From Solirubrobacterales bacterium (GTDB taxonomy: Bacteria; Actinomycetota; Thermoleophilia; Solirubrobacterales; 70-9), in assembly GCA_035634215.1 (NCBI GenBank), contig DASQDJ010000257.1, forward strand, positions 1-32,187: a stretch of DNA of 32,187 nucleotides, given 5' to 3'. Every line of letters starts with the position of its first letter. Positions within the stretch are counted from its first letter, which is position 1. Below, piece by piece: positions 15,342 to 24,533 of the stretch. The translations under genes and the position numbers were made by a program. The notes under the pieces are model-generated. The model saw only the letters and a list, made by a program, of their open reading frames with translations. It was not told the DNA's origin and made no database searches.

Positions 15342-18175
15342 GCCGCGCCCGCTCACTCGCCCTCGGCCTGCTCTCCCTGATGGCGTGCCTCGCCCTGGCG
15401 CCAGCGTCGGCCTCGGCTGACTTCGGCCTCTCAGACATCTCGGTCTCCTTCACCGAAGCCGACGGCTCGCAGGCCCGCAAAGCCGGCTCTCACCCCTTCC
15501 AGATGACGACCACCTTCAAGGTCAACACGGTCGAGCACCCCGACAAACCCGGCGTGCAGGTGGTAGACGGCGCCCTGCGCAACCTCGACGTCACCCTGCC
15601 GGCCGGCTTCGCGGGCAACCCGACCGCCGCGCCCAGGTGCGAGACGATCGACTTCCTCACCCTCGAGGTCCTCGTCCCCGCCTGCGCGGACGCCACCGCG
15701 GTCGGCACCCTGCGCGTGGAAGTCGGCGGCGCGACCGGCATAGTCGGCGAAGAAACCGTCCCCGTCTACAGCCTCCTGCCCTCCCCGGGCGTCGCCGCCA
15801 AGCTCGGCTTCTACGTCGCCGAGCTGCCGGTCACCATCGACATCAGCCCCGCCCAAACCTCCCCCTACAACGTCGTCGCCTCGCTTCGCAACACCTCCCA
15901 GATCGCCGAAGTGCTGGGCTCTGAATTCACGATCTGGGGCAACCCCTCTGACCCCCGCCACAACGCCGAGCGCGGCGAGTGCGTGCGCACCCCGGCCGCC
16001 GACCTCTGCCCCACCGACGCCCCCGCCAAACCGCTGATCACCCTGCCGCGCTCCTGCGAGGGTCCCCTGACGACGACATTCCACGCCGTCTCATGGTGGT
16101 CGGGGAGCCGCTTCGACCCCGGCCCGCCGGCGAGCTTCCACCACTCCGAGCAGACCCCCGGCATGATCGACTGCTCGGGGCTCGGCCTCTCGGCCGACCT
16201 GCAGGTTCGCCCGACCTCCGCCCAGGCCGAGTCGGCCTCGGGCCTTGAAGCCGACCTCCTGGTCACCGACGAGGACGTAAACGAGCCCTCCGGGCGCGTT
16301 GACTCCGACGTCTCCGCGGTGGTGGTCGAACTGCCCGAGGGCGTGACCGCCAACCCCTCCTTCGCCGCCGGGCTCGCCACCTGCTCCTCGGCGCAGCTGG
16401 CCGCAGAGACGCTCACCTCCGCGCCGGGGCAGGGCTGCCCGCTCGCCTCCAAGATCGGCACCGTCGAAGCAACCACCCCGATCCTCGAGGACACCGTCCT
16501 CAGGGGCGCCCTCTACATCGCCCCCCAGGACGACCCCGACTCCCCCGGTCAGGAGAACCCCTTCGACTCGCTGCTCGCCATGCACCTGGTCGTCAAGGAC
16601 CCGACCCTGGGCCTCCTGGTCCGCCAGTCGGGCCTGATCGAACCCAACCGCGCCACCGGGCAGCTGATCTCGATCTTCGACGAGCTGCCGCCCTTCCCGC
16701 TCGGCGAGGTCCGCCTGCGCCTCAGGGAGGGCGCCAGGAGCCCCCTGATCACCCCGCCTCGCTGCGGGCCCCACACCACCTTCTCTGAGCTCTTTCCCTC
16801 CGCGGACCCCGAAGAGCCGCTGGAGGTGCCCTCCACCTTCCAGATCACCTCAGGCGTCGGCGGAGGCCCCTGCCCGAGCGGGGCGCCCTTTGACCCCGGC
16901 TTCTCGGCCGGCACTGCCTTAAACAACGCCGGCTCCTTCTCGCCCTTCCACATGCGGCTGACCCGCCGAGACGCAGATCAGGACCTGACCCGCTTCGATG
17001 CGGTCCTGCCCCCCGGCGTGCTCGCCAAGCTGGCCGGGGTCTCCAAATGCCCCGACGCCGCGATCGCCGCCGCCAAGGCAAAGAGCGGCAAAGCCGAGCT
17101 CGCCCAGCCCTCCTGCCCGGCCAACTCGCGGATCGGCGGCGTCTGGGGGGGAGCGGGGGTCGGCACCGACCTCACCTACGTGCCCGGCTCGCTCTACCTG
17201 GCCGGCCCGGTCGGCAAAGCCCCCCTCTCTGTCGTCGGCGTCGTCCCCGCCGTCGCCGGCCCCTTCGACGTCGGCACCGTGGTCGTGCGCCAGGCGCTTC
17301 GGGTCAACCCCCGCAGCGCCACCGCGGAAGTCGACGGCGCCTCCTCAGACCCGATCCCCCACATCCTCGAAGGCATCCCGCTGAAGGTCAGAGACATCCG
17401 CGTCGACGTCGACCGGCCCGGCTTCACCCTGAACCCGACCAGCTGCGATGCCTCCCAGACCCTCGCCGACATCTGGGGTGGCGGGACCAACGTCTTCAGC
17501 CTCGCCGACGACTCCCCGGTGCGGCGCGCCTCGCGCTTCCAGGCCGCCAACTGCTCGCGGCTCGGCTTTGAGCCGCGCCTGGCCATCAAGCTGCGTGGCG
17601 GCACCAAGCGAGGCGCCCACCCGGCCCTCACCGCCACCTACAGGCCGAGGCCCGGCGACGCCAACCTCGCCTCGGTCGCCACCCGCCTGCCCCGCTCGGC
17701 CTTCCTCGACCAAGCCCACATCCGCACGATCTGCACCCGCGTTCAGTTCGCCGCCGACGCCTGCCCGGCCGCATCGATCTACGGCACCGCGACGGCGACC
17801 ACGCCGCTGCTGGACGAGCCCCTCTCAGGCCCCGTCTACCTCAGATCCTCCGACAACGAGCTGCCCGACATGGTCCTCGACCTGCACGGCATCGTCGACG
17901 TCGAGGTCTCAGCCCGCATCGACTCGGTAAAGGGCGGCATCAGGGCCTCCTTCACCGACGCCCCCGACGCGCCGGTCACCGAGGTCGTCCTGCGGATGCA
18001 GGGCGGCAAGAAGGGACTCGTCGTCAACAGCACGAACCTCTGCGCGAGGCGCAACCGCGCGCGGGTCGTGCTGGGGGCACAGAGCGGGAAGAGCCTCAGG
18101 CTGCGGCCGGTGGTGCGGCCGAGCGGGTGCAAAGGTCGGGGCGGGAAGGGCCGCAAAGGCGGCAAAGGCCGCTAG
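15338..18175 (+). CDS. Large secreted protein of unknown function with basic Gly/Lys/Arg C-terminal tail
   Basis: ATG 15338 overlaps the upstream stop (ATGA). Signal peptide MSRARSLALGLLSLMACLALAPASASA. 945 aa with no domain I can name. Ends in RPSGCKGRGGKGRKGGKGR. Confidence 0.75.
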   Translation: MSRARSLALGLLSLMACLALAPASASADFGLSDISVSFTEADGSQARKAGSHPFQMTTTFKVNTVEHPDKPGVQVVDGALRNLDVTLPAGFAGNPTAAPRCETIDFLTLEVLVPACADATAVGTLRVEVGGATGIVGEETVPVYSLLPSPGVAAKLGFYVAELPVTIDISPAQTSPYNVVASLRNTSQIAEVLGSEFTIWGNPSDPRHNAERGECVRTPAADLCPTDAPAKPLITLPRSCEGPLTTTFHAVSWWSGSRFDPGPPASFHHSEQTPGMIDCSGLGLSADLQVRPTSAQAESASGLEADLLVTDEDVNEPSGRVDSDVSAVVVELPEGVTANPSFAAGLATCSSAQLAAETLTSAPGQGCPLASKIGTVEATTPILEDTVLRGALYIAPQDDPDSPGQENPFDSLLAMHLVVKDPTLGLLVRQSGLIEPNRATGQLISIFDELPPFPLGEVRLRLREGARSPLITPPRCGPHTTFSELFPSADPEEPLEVPSTFQITSGVGGGPCPSGAPFDPGFSAGTALNNAGSFSPFHMRLTRRDADQDLTRFDAVLPPGVLAKLAGVSKCPDAAIAAAKAKSGKAELAQPSCPANSRIGGVWGGAGVGTDLTYVPGSLYLAGPVGKAPLSVVGVVPAVAGPFDVGTVVVRQALRVNPRSATAEVDGASSDPIPHILEGIPLKVRDIRVDVDRPGFTLNPTSCDASQTLADIWGGGTNVFSLADDSPVRRASRFQAANCSRLGFEPRLAIKLRGGTKRGAHPALTATYRPRPGDANLASVATRLPRSAFLDQAHIRTICTRVQFAADACPAASIYGTATATTPLLDEPLSGPVYLRSSDNELPDMVLDLHGIVDVEVSARIDSVKGGIRASFTDAPDAPVTEVVLRMQGGKKGLVVNSTNLCARRNRARVVLGAQSGKSLRLRPVVRPSGCKGRGGKGRKGGKGR

Positions 18176-18183
18176 CCGAAGGC

Positions 18184-18209
18184 CCGCGCGCGCCGTTCTG
18201 CGCGCGCGG
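18184..18209 (+). terminator. GC-only hairpin (10-bp stem, 6-nt loop) after the second giant gene
   Basis: CCGCGCGCGC cgttct GCGCGCGCGG, 9 nt after the stop. Confidence 0.55.
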
Positions 18210-18272
18210 CCGATCCTCCCACCTGCTTTGCGGGCCTTTCCGGAGCCTTAACCGAGAACCAAGCGTTTTCGC

Positions 18273-18301
18273 TTGAACACAGAGATCCTCGGGCGTATCT
18301 C
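18273..18301 (+). promoter_or_regulatory. Candidate promoter for the second small secreted paralog
   Basis: TTGAAC-N17-TATCTC. RBS GGGAAGGGGAG lies before ATG 18337. Confidence 0.3.
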
Positions 18302-18336
18302 CCCCGCACCCGCGCAAACTAGGGAAGGGGAGCAAG

Positions 18337-19005
18337 ATGAGCCTGAAGCTGAAGGTCTTCAGCCTGGGCGTCCTCGCCGTTGTGGCGGCGAGCGCTTTGG
18401 CGGTGGTGAATGCTGGGGCGGTGACGCCACCCGGGAGTCATTTCCTGTCTCACTCGGCGGAGCATCACCTCGTCATCAAAGGGACAGATGGCTTCGGAAC
18501 TGGTCACGCCATGAAGTTCCGCGGGGAATCGGGAGAAGCCATTACCTGCACACACTCGACGTACCACGGCACACTGACTGGGTCGGCTGCCACAACAACC
18601 CAAGCTTTCCAGGTCAGACCCCACTACACAAAATGCGCTACAGAAGGCGGCAGCTGGGGTTCGGTAACCATACATGTGCCGGCCGCGTGTGGAACAAACG
18701 TGATCGAATTCACAAGCGGCAATCCGGGCACAGTCCACGTCAATTGTCAGATTACGATCACACATCCCAATTGCACGATTCGCGTACCCGTGCAGACATC
18801 ATCGGGAGCCACGTATACACCGTTTGCTGAAAGCAATGCGTCAGCCTTGACAATTGACGTCTCCGGCCAGGAAGAACTCACAAGTCACTACGAGGCCGGG
18901 ATCTGCGTCTTTCTAGGTACAGCTCATAAGCACAAATTGGAAGGCCAGGCTACATTCTGGGGTGAGCACACATCAGGTAGCCGAGTGGGCATCACACACA
19001 CATAA
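18337..19005 (+). CDS. Small secreted six-cysteine protein, paralog 2 (unknown function)
   Basis: Signal peptide MSLKLKVFSLGVLAVVAASALAVVNAGA. Roughly 60% identical by eye to 10788..11441, with an almost invariant core EFTSGNPGT(I/V)HVNCQITITHPNCTIRVPVQT. Lower GC than its surroundings. Confidence 0.8.
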   Translation: MSLKLKVFSLGVLAVVAASALAVVNAGAVTPPGSHFLSHSAEHHLVIKGTDGFGTGHAMKFRGESGEAITCTHSTYHGTLTGSAATTTQAFQVRPHYTKCATEGGSWGSVTIHVPAACGTNVIEFTSGNPGTVHVNCQITITHPNCTIRVPVQTSSGATYTPFAESNASALTIDVSGQEELTSHYEAGICVFLGTAHKHKLEGQATFWGEHTSGSRVGITHT

Positions 19006-19021
19006 TCCAAGAGATAAGTGA

Positions 19022-19828
19022 CTACGGCCTGGCCGGCACCCGCGGCTCGGCCAGGCCGTAGGTCTCGTAGGCGCCGAACGTCGCGAAGGTCTTGTGCGTG
19101 GGGCCGTGGTAGTCGGAGGACGCGGTAGGGACAAGCCCCCGCTCGTCGCACAGGGCCAGCAGGTGCTCCGTCTGGTCCTTGGAGTGGGTCGGGTAGAAGG
19201 CCTCGACGCCGTCGACCGGCAGGGCGCGGATCAGCTCCTCGACCTTGGCCGGCTCGGAGATGTCCCAGTAGGGATGGGCGACGACCGGGACGCCGGCGGC
19301 CTCCCTAATCACCTCGACAGCCTGCTCGGCGGTCGGCCAGCGGCGTGGCACGAACGCCTTGGCGCCCGGCACTAGATACTCCTCGAAGAAAGGCCCGAGG
19401 TCGCCGCTCGCCCCCGCGGCCCGGGCGATGTGCGGTCGCCCGATTGAGAGGGCGTCGCCCGCCTCGCGAACAGCGTCGTCGATCGTCAGCTCGAAGCCCT
19501 CGCGGCGCAGGTTCTCGATGATCTCTTCGGCGCGCGCGACCCGTTCGCGCTGCGCCCGCTCGCAGGCCGGCGCAATCCGCTCCAAATCGACCCAGTAGCC
19601 GCAGACGTGCAGGTCTTCGGCGTACTCGTGCACGCACGACATCTCGATCGCCGGCACCAGCTCGACGCCAAGCCGCGCCGCCGCCTCCGCCGCCTCCTCG
19701 ACGCCGGCGATCGCGTCGTGGTCGGTCAGGGCCAGCGTGGTGACACCGGCCTCGTAGGCTTCGGCGACCACCGCGGCGGGCGCCAGTTGGCCGTCGGAGA
19801 CGGTCGAGTGGCTCTGCAGCTCGATCAT
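19022..19828 (-). CDS. PHP-domain metal-dependent phosphoesterase (TrpH/YciV-like)
   Basis: MIELQSHSTVSDGQLAPAAVVAEAYEAGVTTLALTDHDAIAGV and a later AHPYW...SDYHG; typical PHP histidine/aspartate motifs. Confidence 0.8.
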   Translation of the reverse strand: MIELQSHSTVSDGQLAPAAVVAEAYEAGVTTLALTDHDAIAGVEEAAEAAARLGVELVPAIEMSCVHEYAEDLHVCGYWVDLERIAPACERAQRERVARAEEIIENLRREGFELTIDDAVREAGDALSIGRPHIARAAGASGDLGPFFEEYLVPGAKAFVPRRWPTAEQAVEVIREAAGVPVVAHPYWDISEPAKVEELIRALPVDGVEAFYPTHSKDQTEHLLALCDERGLVPTASSDYHGPTHKTFATFGAYETYGLAEPRVPARP

Positions 19829-19905
19829 GGGGTGGGGAACCCTAGCTGGGCGCCTGCTGGCGGCGAGACCCGCCGGCCGCCCGCCTTAATAGAGTGCCGC
19901 GTCCG

Positions 19906-21681
19906 ATGTTCGAGAAAGTCCTGATTGCCAACCGCGGCGAGATCGCGATCCGGGTCGCCCGCACCCTCAAGGAGATGGGGATCGGCTCGGTCGCCGTCTA
20001 CTCCGAGATCGACCGCGACGCCCCGCACGTGCGCGAGGCCGACGAGGCTTTCCTGATCGGCCCGGCGGTCCCGGCCGAGAGCTACCTGAACATCGCGAAG
20101 ATCGTCGAGACCGCCCAGCAGGTCGGCGCCCAGGCGATCCACCCTGGCTACGGCTTCCTCGCCGAGAATGCCGACTTCGCCCGGGCCTGCGCCGAGGCCG
20201 ACGTCGTCTTCATCGGCCCACCGCCGGAGGCGATCGAAGCAATGGGCTCCAAGACGCGGGCCCGCGAGATCATGGCCGAGGCCGGCGTCCCGATCGTCCC
20301 CGGCGCCACGGAGCCGGCCGCGGACCTCGATGCCGCGAGGCAGCAGGCCGACGAGGCCGGCTACCCGGTCGCCTGCAAGGCCGCCGGCGGCGGCGGCGGC
20401 AAGGGCTTCCGCGTCGCGATGACGCCCGACGACCTCCAGGACGCCTACGAGGGCGCCTCTCGCGAAGGCGAGAAGTTCTTCTCCGACCCGCGCGTCTACG
20501 TCGAGCGCTACCTCGAGGACCCGCGCCACGTCGAGGTTCAGGTGCTCGCCGACTCGCACGGCAACGTCATCCACCTCGGCGAGCGCGACTGCTCGCTGCA
20601 GCGGCGCCACCAGAAGGTCGTCGAGGAGGCGCCCGGCCCGCACGTCGACGAGGAGATGCGCGAGCGGATCGGCAAGATCGCGACCGACGCCGCCGAGGCG
20701 GTCGGCTACCGCGGCGCCGGCACGATCGAGGGGATGCAGGTCGGCGACGAGTACTTCTTCCTCGAGATGAACACCCGCGTCCAGGTCGAGCACTGCGTGA
20801 CCGAGATGGTCACCGGAATCGACATCGTCCGCGAGCAGGTCCTCGTCGCCGCGGGGGAGCCGCTCTCGATCTCCCAGGACGACATAGAGCTTCGCGGCCA
20901 CGCGATCGAGTGCCGGATCAACGCCGAGGCGGCGCACAAGAACTACGCGCCGGCGCCCGGCGCGATCACCAGCTACCGCGAGCCGGCCGGTCCTGGCGTG
21001 CGCGTCGACTCCGGAGTCGAGGCCGTCTCCGAAGTGACGCCGATGTACGACCCGATGGTGGCGAAGCTGATCGTCTGGGACGTCGACCGCGATCACGCCA
21101 CCCGTCGCATGCTGCGAGCGCTCGACGAGTACGAGGTCGGCGGGCTCACCACCCTGATCCCCTTCCACAAGGCGATCCTCGCCACCGAGCAATGGGCGCG
21201 CGGCGAGACCTGTCGCGACCTGATGGAAGACAAGGAGTGGCTGAAGACCACCGCGCCGGCCGACGAGGCACCGCCGGCCCCCAGCGATGACGGGCAGGGC
21301 GAGCTGGTCGCCCGCGACTACAAGGTCGAGGTCTCCGGCAAGCTCTTCGAGGTCAAGGTGATGGGCGAGGCAGTCGGCGCGATCGCCGCGGGTAACCCAG
21401 CCGCGGCAGGTGGCGGCCGCAAACCGCCGAAGCGCGAGCGCAAGGCGGGCGCCGCCGCCAGCGCCTCGAGCGAGTCCCTCCCATCCCCCTTGCAGGGCAC
21501 CGTGCTCAAGGTGGCGGTCGAGGAGGGCGCCGAGGTCTCAGAGGGCGACCTGATCTGCGTGATCGAGGCGATGAAGATGGAGAACGAGATCACGGCCCAC
21601 CGCTCGGGCAAGGTCACCTCGCTCAACGTCGCCGAAGGCGCAGCGGTTTCTTCAGGGGATGTCCTAGCGGTCATCGAGTAG
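19906..21681 (+). CDS. Acetyl/propionyl-CoA carboxylase alpha subunit (biotin carboxylase + BCCP domains)
   Basis: MFEKVLIANRGEIAIRVARTLKEMGI, ATP-grasp core, and C-terminal biotinylation motif IEAMKMENEI. ATG 19906 preferred over GTG 19894. Confidence 0.9.
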   Translation: MFEKVLIANRGEIAIRVARTLKEMGIGSVAVYSEIDRDAPHVREADEAFLIGPAVPAESYLNIAKIVETAQQVGAQAIHPGYGFLAENADFARACAEADVVFIGPPPEAIEAMGSKTRAREIMAEAGVPIVPGATEPAADLDAARQQADEAGYPVACKAAGGGGGKGFRVAMTPDDLQDAYEGASREGEKFFSDPRVYVERYLEDPRHVEVQVLADSHGNVIHLGERDCSLQRRHQKVVEEAPGPHVDEEMRERIGKIATDAAEAVGYRGAGTIEGMQVGDEYFFLEMNTRVQVEHCVTEMVTGIDIVREQVLVAAGEPLSISQDDIELRGHAIECRINAEAAHKNYAPAPGAITSYREPAGPGVRVDSGVEAVSEVTPMYDPMVAKLIVWDVDRDHATRRMLRALDEYEVGGLTTLIPFHKAILATEQWARGETCRDLMEDKEWLKTTAPADEAPPAPSDDGQGELVARDYKVEVSGKLFEVKVMGEAVGAIAAGNPAAAGGGRKPPKRERKAGAAASASSESLPSPLQGTVLKVAVEEGAEVSEGDLICVIEAMKMENEITAHRSGKVTSLNVAEGAAVSSGDVLAVIE

Positions 21682-21767
21682 GGACCGGTAGTCCCTCGAA
21701 CGGGCGGATACTCAAAACGCCGGCCTAATTATGCCGGCGTTTGTCCGGGCGAGGGACTACCGGTCCC
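21681..21767. terminator. Nested inverted repeats between convergent genes (probable bidirectional terminator)
   Basis: Outer perfect 18-bp arms GGGACCGGTAGTCCCTCG (21681-21698) / CGAGGGACTACCGGTCCC (21750-21767). Inner perfect 10-bp stem AAACGCCGGC (21715-21724) / GCCGGCGTTT (21733-21742) with an 8-nt AT-rich loop. Confidence 0.6.
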
Positions 21768-23635
21768 TACCTACCCCGTTCCCGTTCGCGCCGCGCTTTT
21801 TCGCGCTCGCGTTCCCGTTCGCGCACTTCGCGCTGTTTCTGCGCCTGCAGCCGCTGGAACTCGACTCGGGTCAGCGGCAGTTTGGGCGTGACTTCGCTAC
21901 AGACCGAGCCCGTGCAGTCGATCAGCCGCTTCATCTGCCGGTGCAGGAAGTTGCGGATCGGGAAGAAGTTCGGGACCTTGTGCAGCGAGTTGAGCTCGTG
22001 GGGGTCGCGGTTGATGTTGTAGAGCTCCTTCTCGCCGGTCGGCCAGGCGATGTACTTGTAGGGGCCGAGCCTGATGCCCGCGTAGTCCTTGGGCGGCGCC
22101 AGCAGCGAGGCGGTCGCCTTCGGCCCGCTCGCCGACGCCCTCGCCCCGCTCGCGGAGGAGTGCCTCGCGCCGGACGCGCCCGCTGCCTCGGCGCCCTCTT
22201 CGGGCACCGCCCCGCCGGCTTCGACGTCGCTCGTCTCGACGAAGGACTCGAAGAGGATCGGACGGCGGCTGCGAAGTTCGGGGTCTTCCATGTACGGGAC
22301 TAGCGAGCGCCCGTCGATGCTCTTGGTGGCCGTCGCCCCTGCCAGCTGCAGGAGGGTGGGCGCGATGTCGATGTTGGCCACCAGCTCGCCGGTCGAGCTG
22401 TCCGGTTTGATCCCCGGGCCCCGGATCAGGAACGGCATGTGGGTGGCCGGCTCGTAGGCGAGGAACTTGCCGCCCAGCAGGCGGTGCTCGCCGAAGAAGA
22501 AGCCGTTGTCGGAGGTGAAGAGGACGTAGGTGTTGCGCAGCCGGCCCATCGCGCCGAGCGTGTCGATGATCCGTTTGACGCCGTCGTCGACCCCGCGCAG
22601 CGACTCCAGCTGCTTTTGCCAGTAGACGCGGTAGGTGCGCTTCTCGTTCGGCGTCAGGTGCGGCGCGTCGCGGATGAAGCGCGGCTTGTCGGTCACGTTG
22701 CCCTCGTCCAGCCCCTCGGAGCGATTGTGCGGCAGCTGGTCGCCGCGGAACCAGTCGTAGTGGCGCGGCGCCGGCTCCGGCCCGGCCGGCCGGCGGAAGT
22801 CGCCGTGCGGGGCGGTGTAGTCGAGCTGGACGAAGAAGGGCTGTTCGGCCGGGGTCGCGAACATCTCGTTGCTGGCGATTTCGGTCAGCTTGTCGGTCGC
22901 GTAATTGCAGGGGAGCCCGTTGGCCGGCGCGAAGGGGCAGCCGAAGTCGTCGCGGACCGTGTATTCGCGCGATTCCCAGGAGCCCGGGTCGCCGACCGGC
23001 CCGAGGATCTGGCCGTTCACGTTCAGCTTGTAGCCGTAGTAGTAGTGCGTGGTGTCGGATTCCGGAATCGAGTACCAGGCGCTCCAGCCAGGCGCGACCT
23101 CCAGCCCGGTGCTGTACGGCTCGTCGCCGTAGCCGTTGAGGAACTTGCCGACGTGGATGGTGCGGTAGCCCGCCGCCTGCAGCCAGACCGCGAGGTTGTG
23201 CTGCATCGCGCCGCGGAAGCTGAAGCCCAGGAAGCCGCCGTTGGGCTGGACGTTCCCCTTCACGTTGTGGCTGTGCGCGTAGCGGCCGGTCAGCAGGCTC
23301 ACCCGCGACGGGCAGCAGAGGGGGTAAGGCACGTAGTAGCGGTTGAACGTCATGCCTTTCTTGGCGATCAGGTCGAGCGTGTTGGGCATCGCCCGCGTCT
23401 CGCCCGCCCCCGGGAAGGTCTGGAACGTCGCGTAGAGGCTGTCCAGCGTCTGGTCGTCGGTCTGGATGACGACGAAGCTGGGGGCTTCGCCGGCCGTGCG
23501 CGGCGGCGGGATCGGGCCGGCGGCGCTGCGCGCCGGAGCCAGCCAGAGGCAGAGCGCGCAGAGCAGGGCCAGCAGCCCCGCGACGATCGGGAGCCGCGCG
23601 GACGCTGACGTGCGGATGTCGCTCGTTGGGCGCAT
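21767..23635 (-). CDS. Secreted sulfatase (formylglycine-dependent, arylsulfatase family)
   Basis: Signal-like N-terminus. CxPSR motif LCCPSRVSLLTGRY. Sulfatase core (FTSDNGFFFGEH). Unusual charged tail QKQREVREREREREKARRERERGR. Confidence 0.85.
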   Translation of the reverse strand: MRPTSDIRTSASARLPIVAGLLALLCALCLWLAPARSAAGPIPPPRTAGEAPSFVVIQTDDQTLDSLYATFQTFPGAGETRAMPNTLDLIAKKGMTFNRYYVPYPLCCPSRVSLLTGRYAHSHNVKGNVQPNGGFLGFSFRGAMQHNLAVWLQAAGYRTIHVGKFLNGYGDEPYSTGLEVAPGWSAWYSIPESDTTHYYYGYKLNVNGQILGPVGDPGSWESREYTVRDDFGCPFAPANGLPCNYATDKLTEIASNEMFATPAEQPFFVQLDYTAPHGDFRRPAGPEPAPRHYDWFRGDQLPHNRSEGLDEGNVTDKPRFIRDAPHLTPNEKRTYRVYWQKQLESLRGVDDGVKRIIDTLGAMGRLRNTYVLFTSDNGFFFGEHRLLGGKFLAYEPATHMPFLIRGPGIKPDSSTGELVANIDIAPTLLQLAGATATKSIDGRSLVPYMEDPELRSRRPILFESFVETSDVEAGGAVPEEGAEAAGASGARHSSASGARASASGPKATASLLAPPKDYAGIRLGPYKYIAWPTGEKELYNINRDPHELNSLHKVPNFFPIRNFLHRQMKRLIDCTGSVCSEVTPKLPLTRVEFQRLQAQKQREVREREREREKARRERERGR

Positions 23636-23725
23636 CTAGAAAGTTGCCGGGCCTGCCAGCCGGTTCGGCCTGCTCAAAAGACCAACCCTCACCGGCCTGC
23701 TGAGTTGCGAAACGCTAGAGAACGA

Positions 23726-24421
23726 CTAGGACGCGCCGAGCTTTTTCGCCGCGTCGCGGAAGTTTTTCACCGTCGCGGCGGGGGCTTTGCGCCCTTCGAG
23801 TTTCTCGTTGTGCCGGTTGACCCAGATCACCGGCACGTTCATTTTCAGCAGCGGCGCCACGTCCGTCGTGTAGCTGGAGCCGATGTGGACCCAGCCTTTC
23901 TTGCTGCCGATCCGGCGCGCGCACTCTTTGAAGTGGGTCGGGTCCGGCTTGTAGCTGCGCACCTGCTGGGCGGTGACGACGAGGTCGAGTTCGGTCCGCA
24001 GGTGGCGGCGGGAGATCCCCAGCAGCTTGTCGTCGATGTTGGAGACGATCCCGATCTCGTAGCGTTTTCCGAGCCGGTCCATCGCCGCGTTCGCCTCGCG
24101 GAAGGGCAGCCAGTAGGCGACGCTGTCGGGCAGGAACTGGGCCCGCGAAGGCTCGATCTCCCAGCCCACCTCGCGCGCCACGTTGACGATCGTGCGGCGC
24201 AGCACCTCGGCGTAGAGTTCGTAGGAGCCGGCCATGATTTCGGCCTGCACTTCGAAGAAGCGCTCCATGAAGGGCCCCTCCTCGAAGCTGAAGCCGTCCT
24301 TCTCCGCCTCTTTCCGGCAGGCCTCGAGGATCCCCTTCTCCCAATCGATCAGGGTGCCGTAGCAATCGGCGGTCACCCATTTGATGGTTTTGAGGGCTGG
24401 AAGGGGCATCGGGCGCGGCAT
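23726..24421 (-). CDS. HAD-superfamily hydrolase (2-haloacid dehalogenase-like subfamily)
   Basis: Motif I TADCYGTLIDWE; later VSNID and KPDPTHF. Start placed at ATG 24421 (MPRPMPLPALKTIKW); the longer track ORF N-terminus is Arg-rich and implausible. Confidence 0.75.
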   Translation of the reverse strand: MPRPMPLPALKTIKWVTADCYGTLIDWEKGILEACRKEAEKDGFSFEEGPFMERFFEVQAEIMAGSYELYAEVLRRTIVNVAREVGWEIEPSRAQFLPDSVAYWLPFREANAAMDRLGKRYEIGIVSNIDDKLLGISRRHLRTELDLVVTAQQVRSYKPDPTHFKECARRIGSKKGWVHIGSSYTTDVAPLLKMNVPVIWVNRHNEKLEGRKAPAATVKNFRDAAKKLGAS

Positions 24422-24533
24422 CTTATGGGAAGCGGCCCGCGGCGAGCCTCGTCGCCGTTCCCCTGCCGCGGAGCCCGCCCCGCAGCCGGTTGGATAGGCT
24501 GCCCGCCGCGCTCGGCAGGAGCGCCGATTCCAC

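Noticed and set aside
19825-21192. 455-aa minus-strand ORF
   Set aside because: It is antisense to the biotin carboxylase gene. It is rich in Arg/Asp/Leu/Val/Gly and has no motifs.
22439-23608. 389-aa plus-strand ORF
   Set aside because: It is antisense to the sulfatase gene (CxPSR motif on the minus strand).
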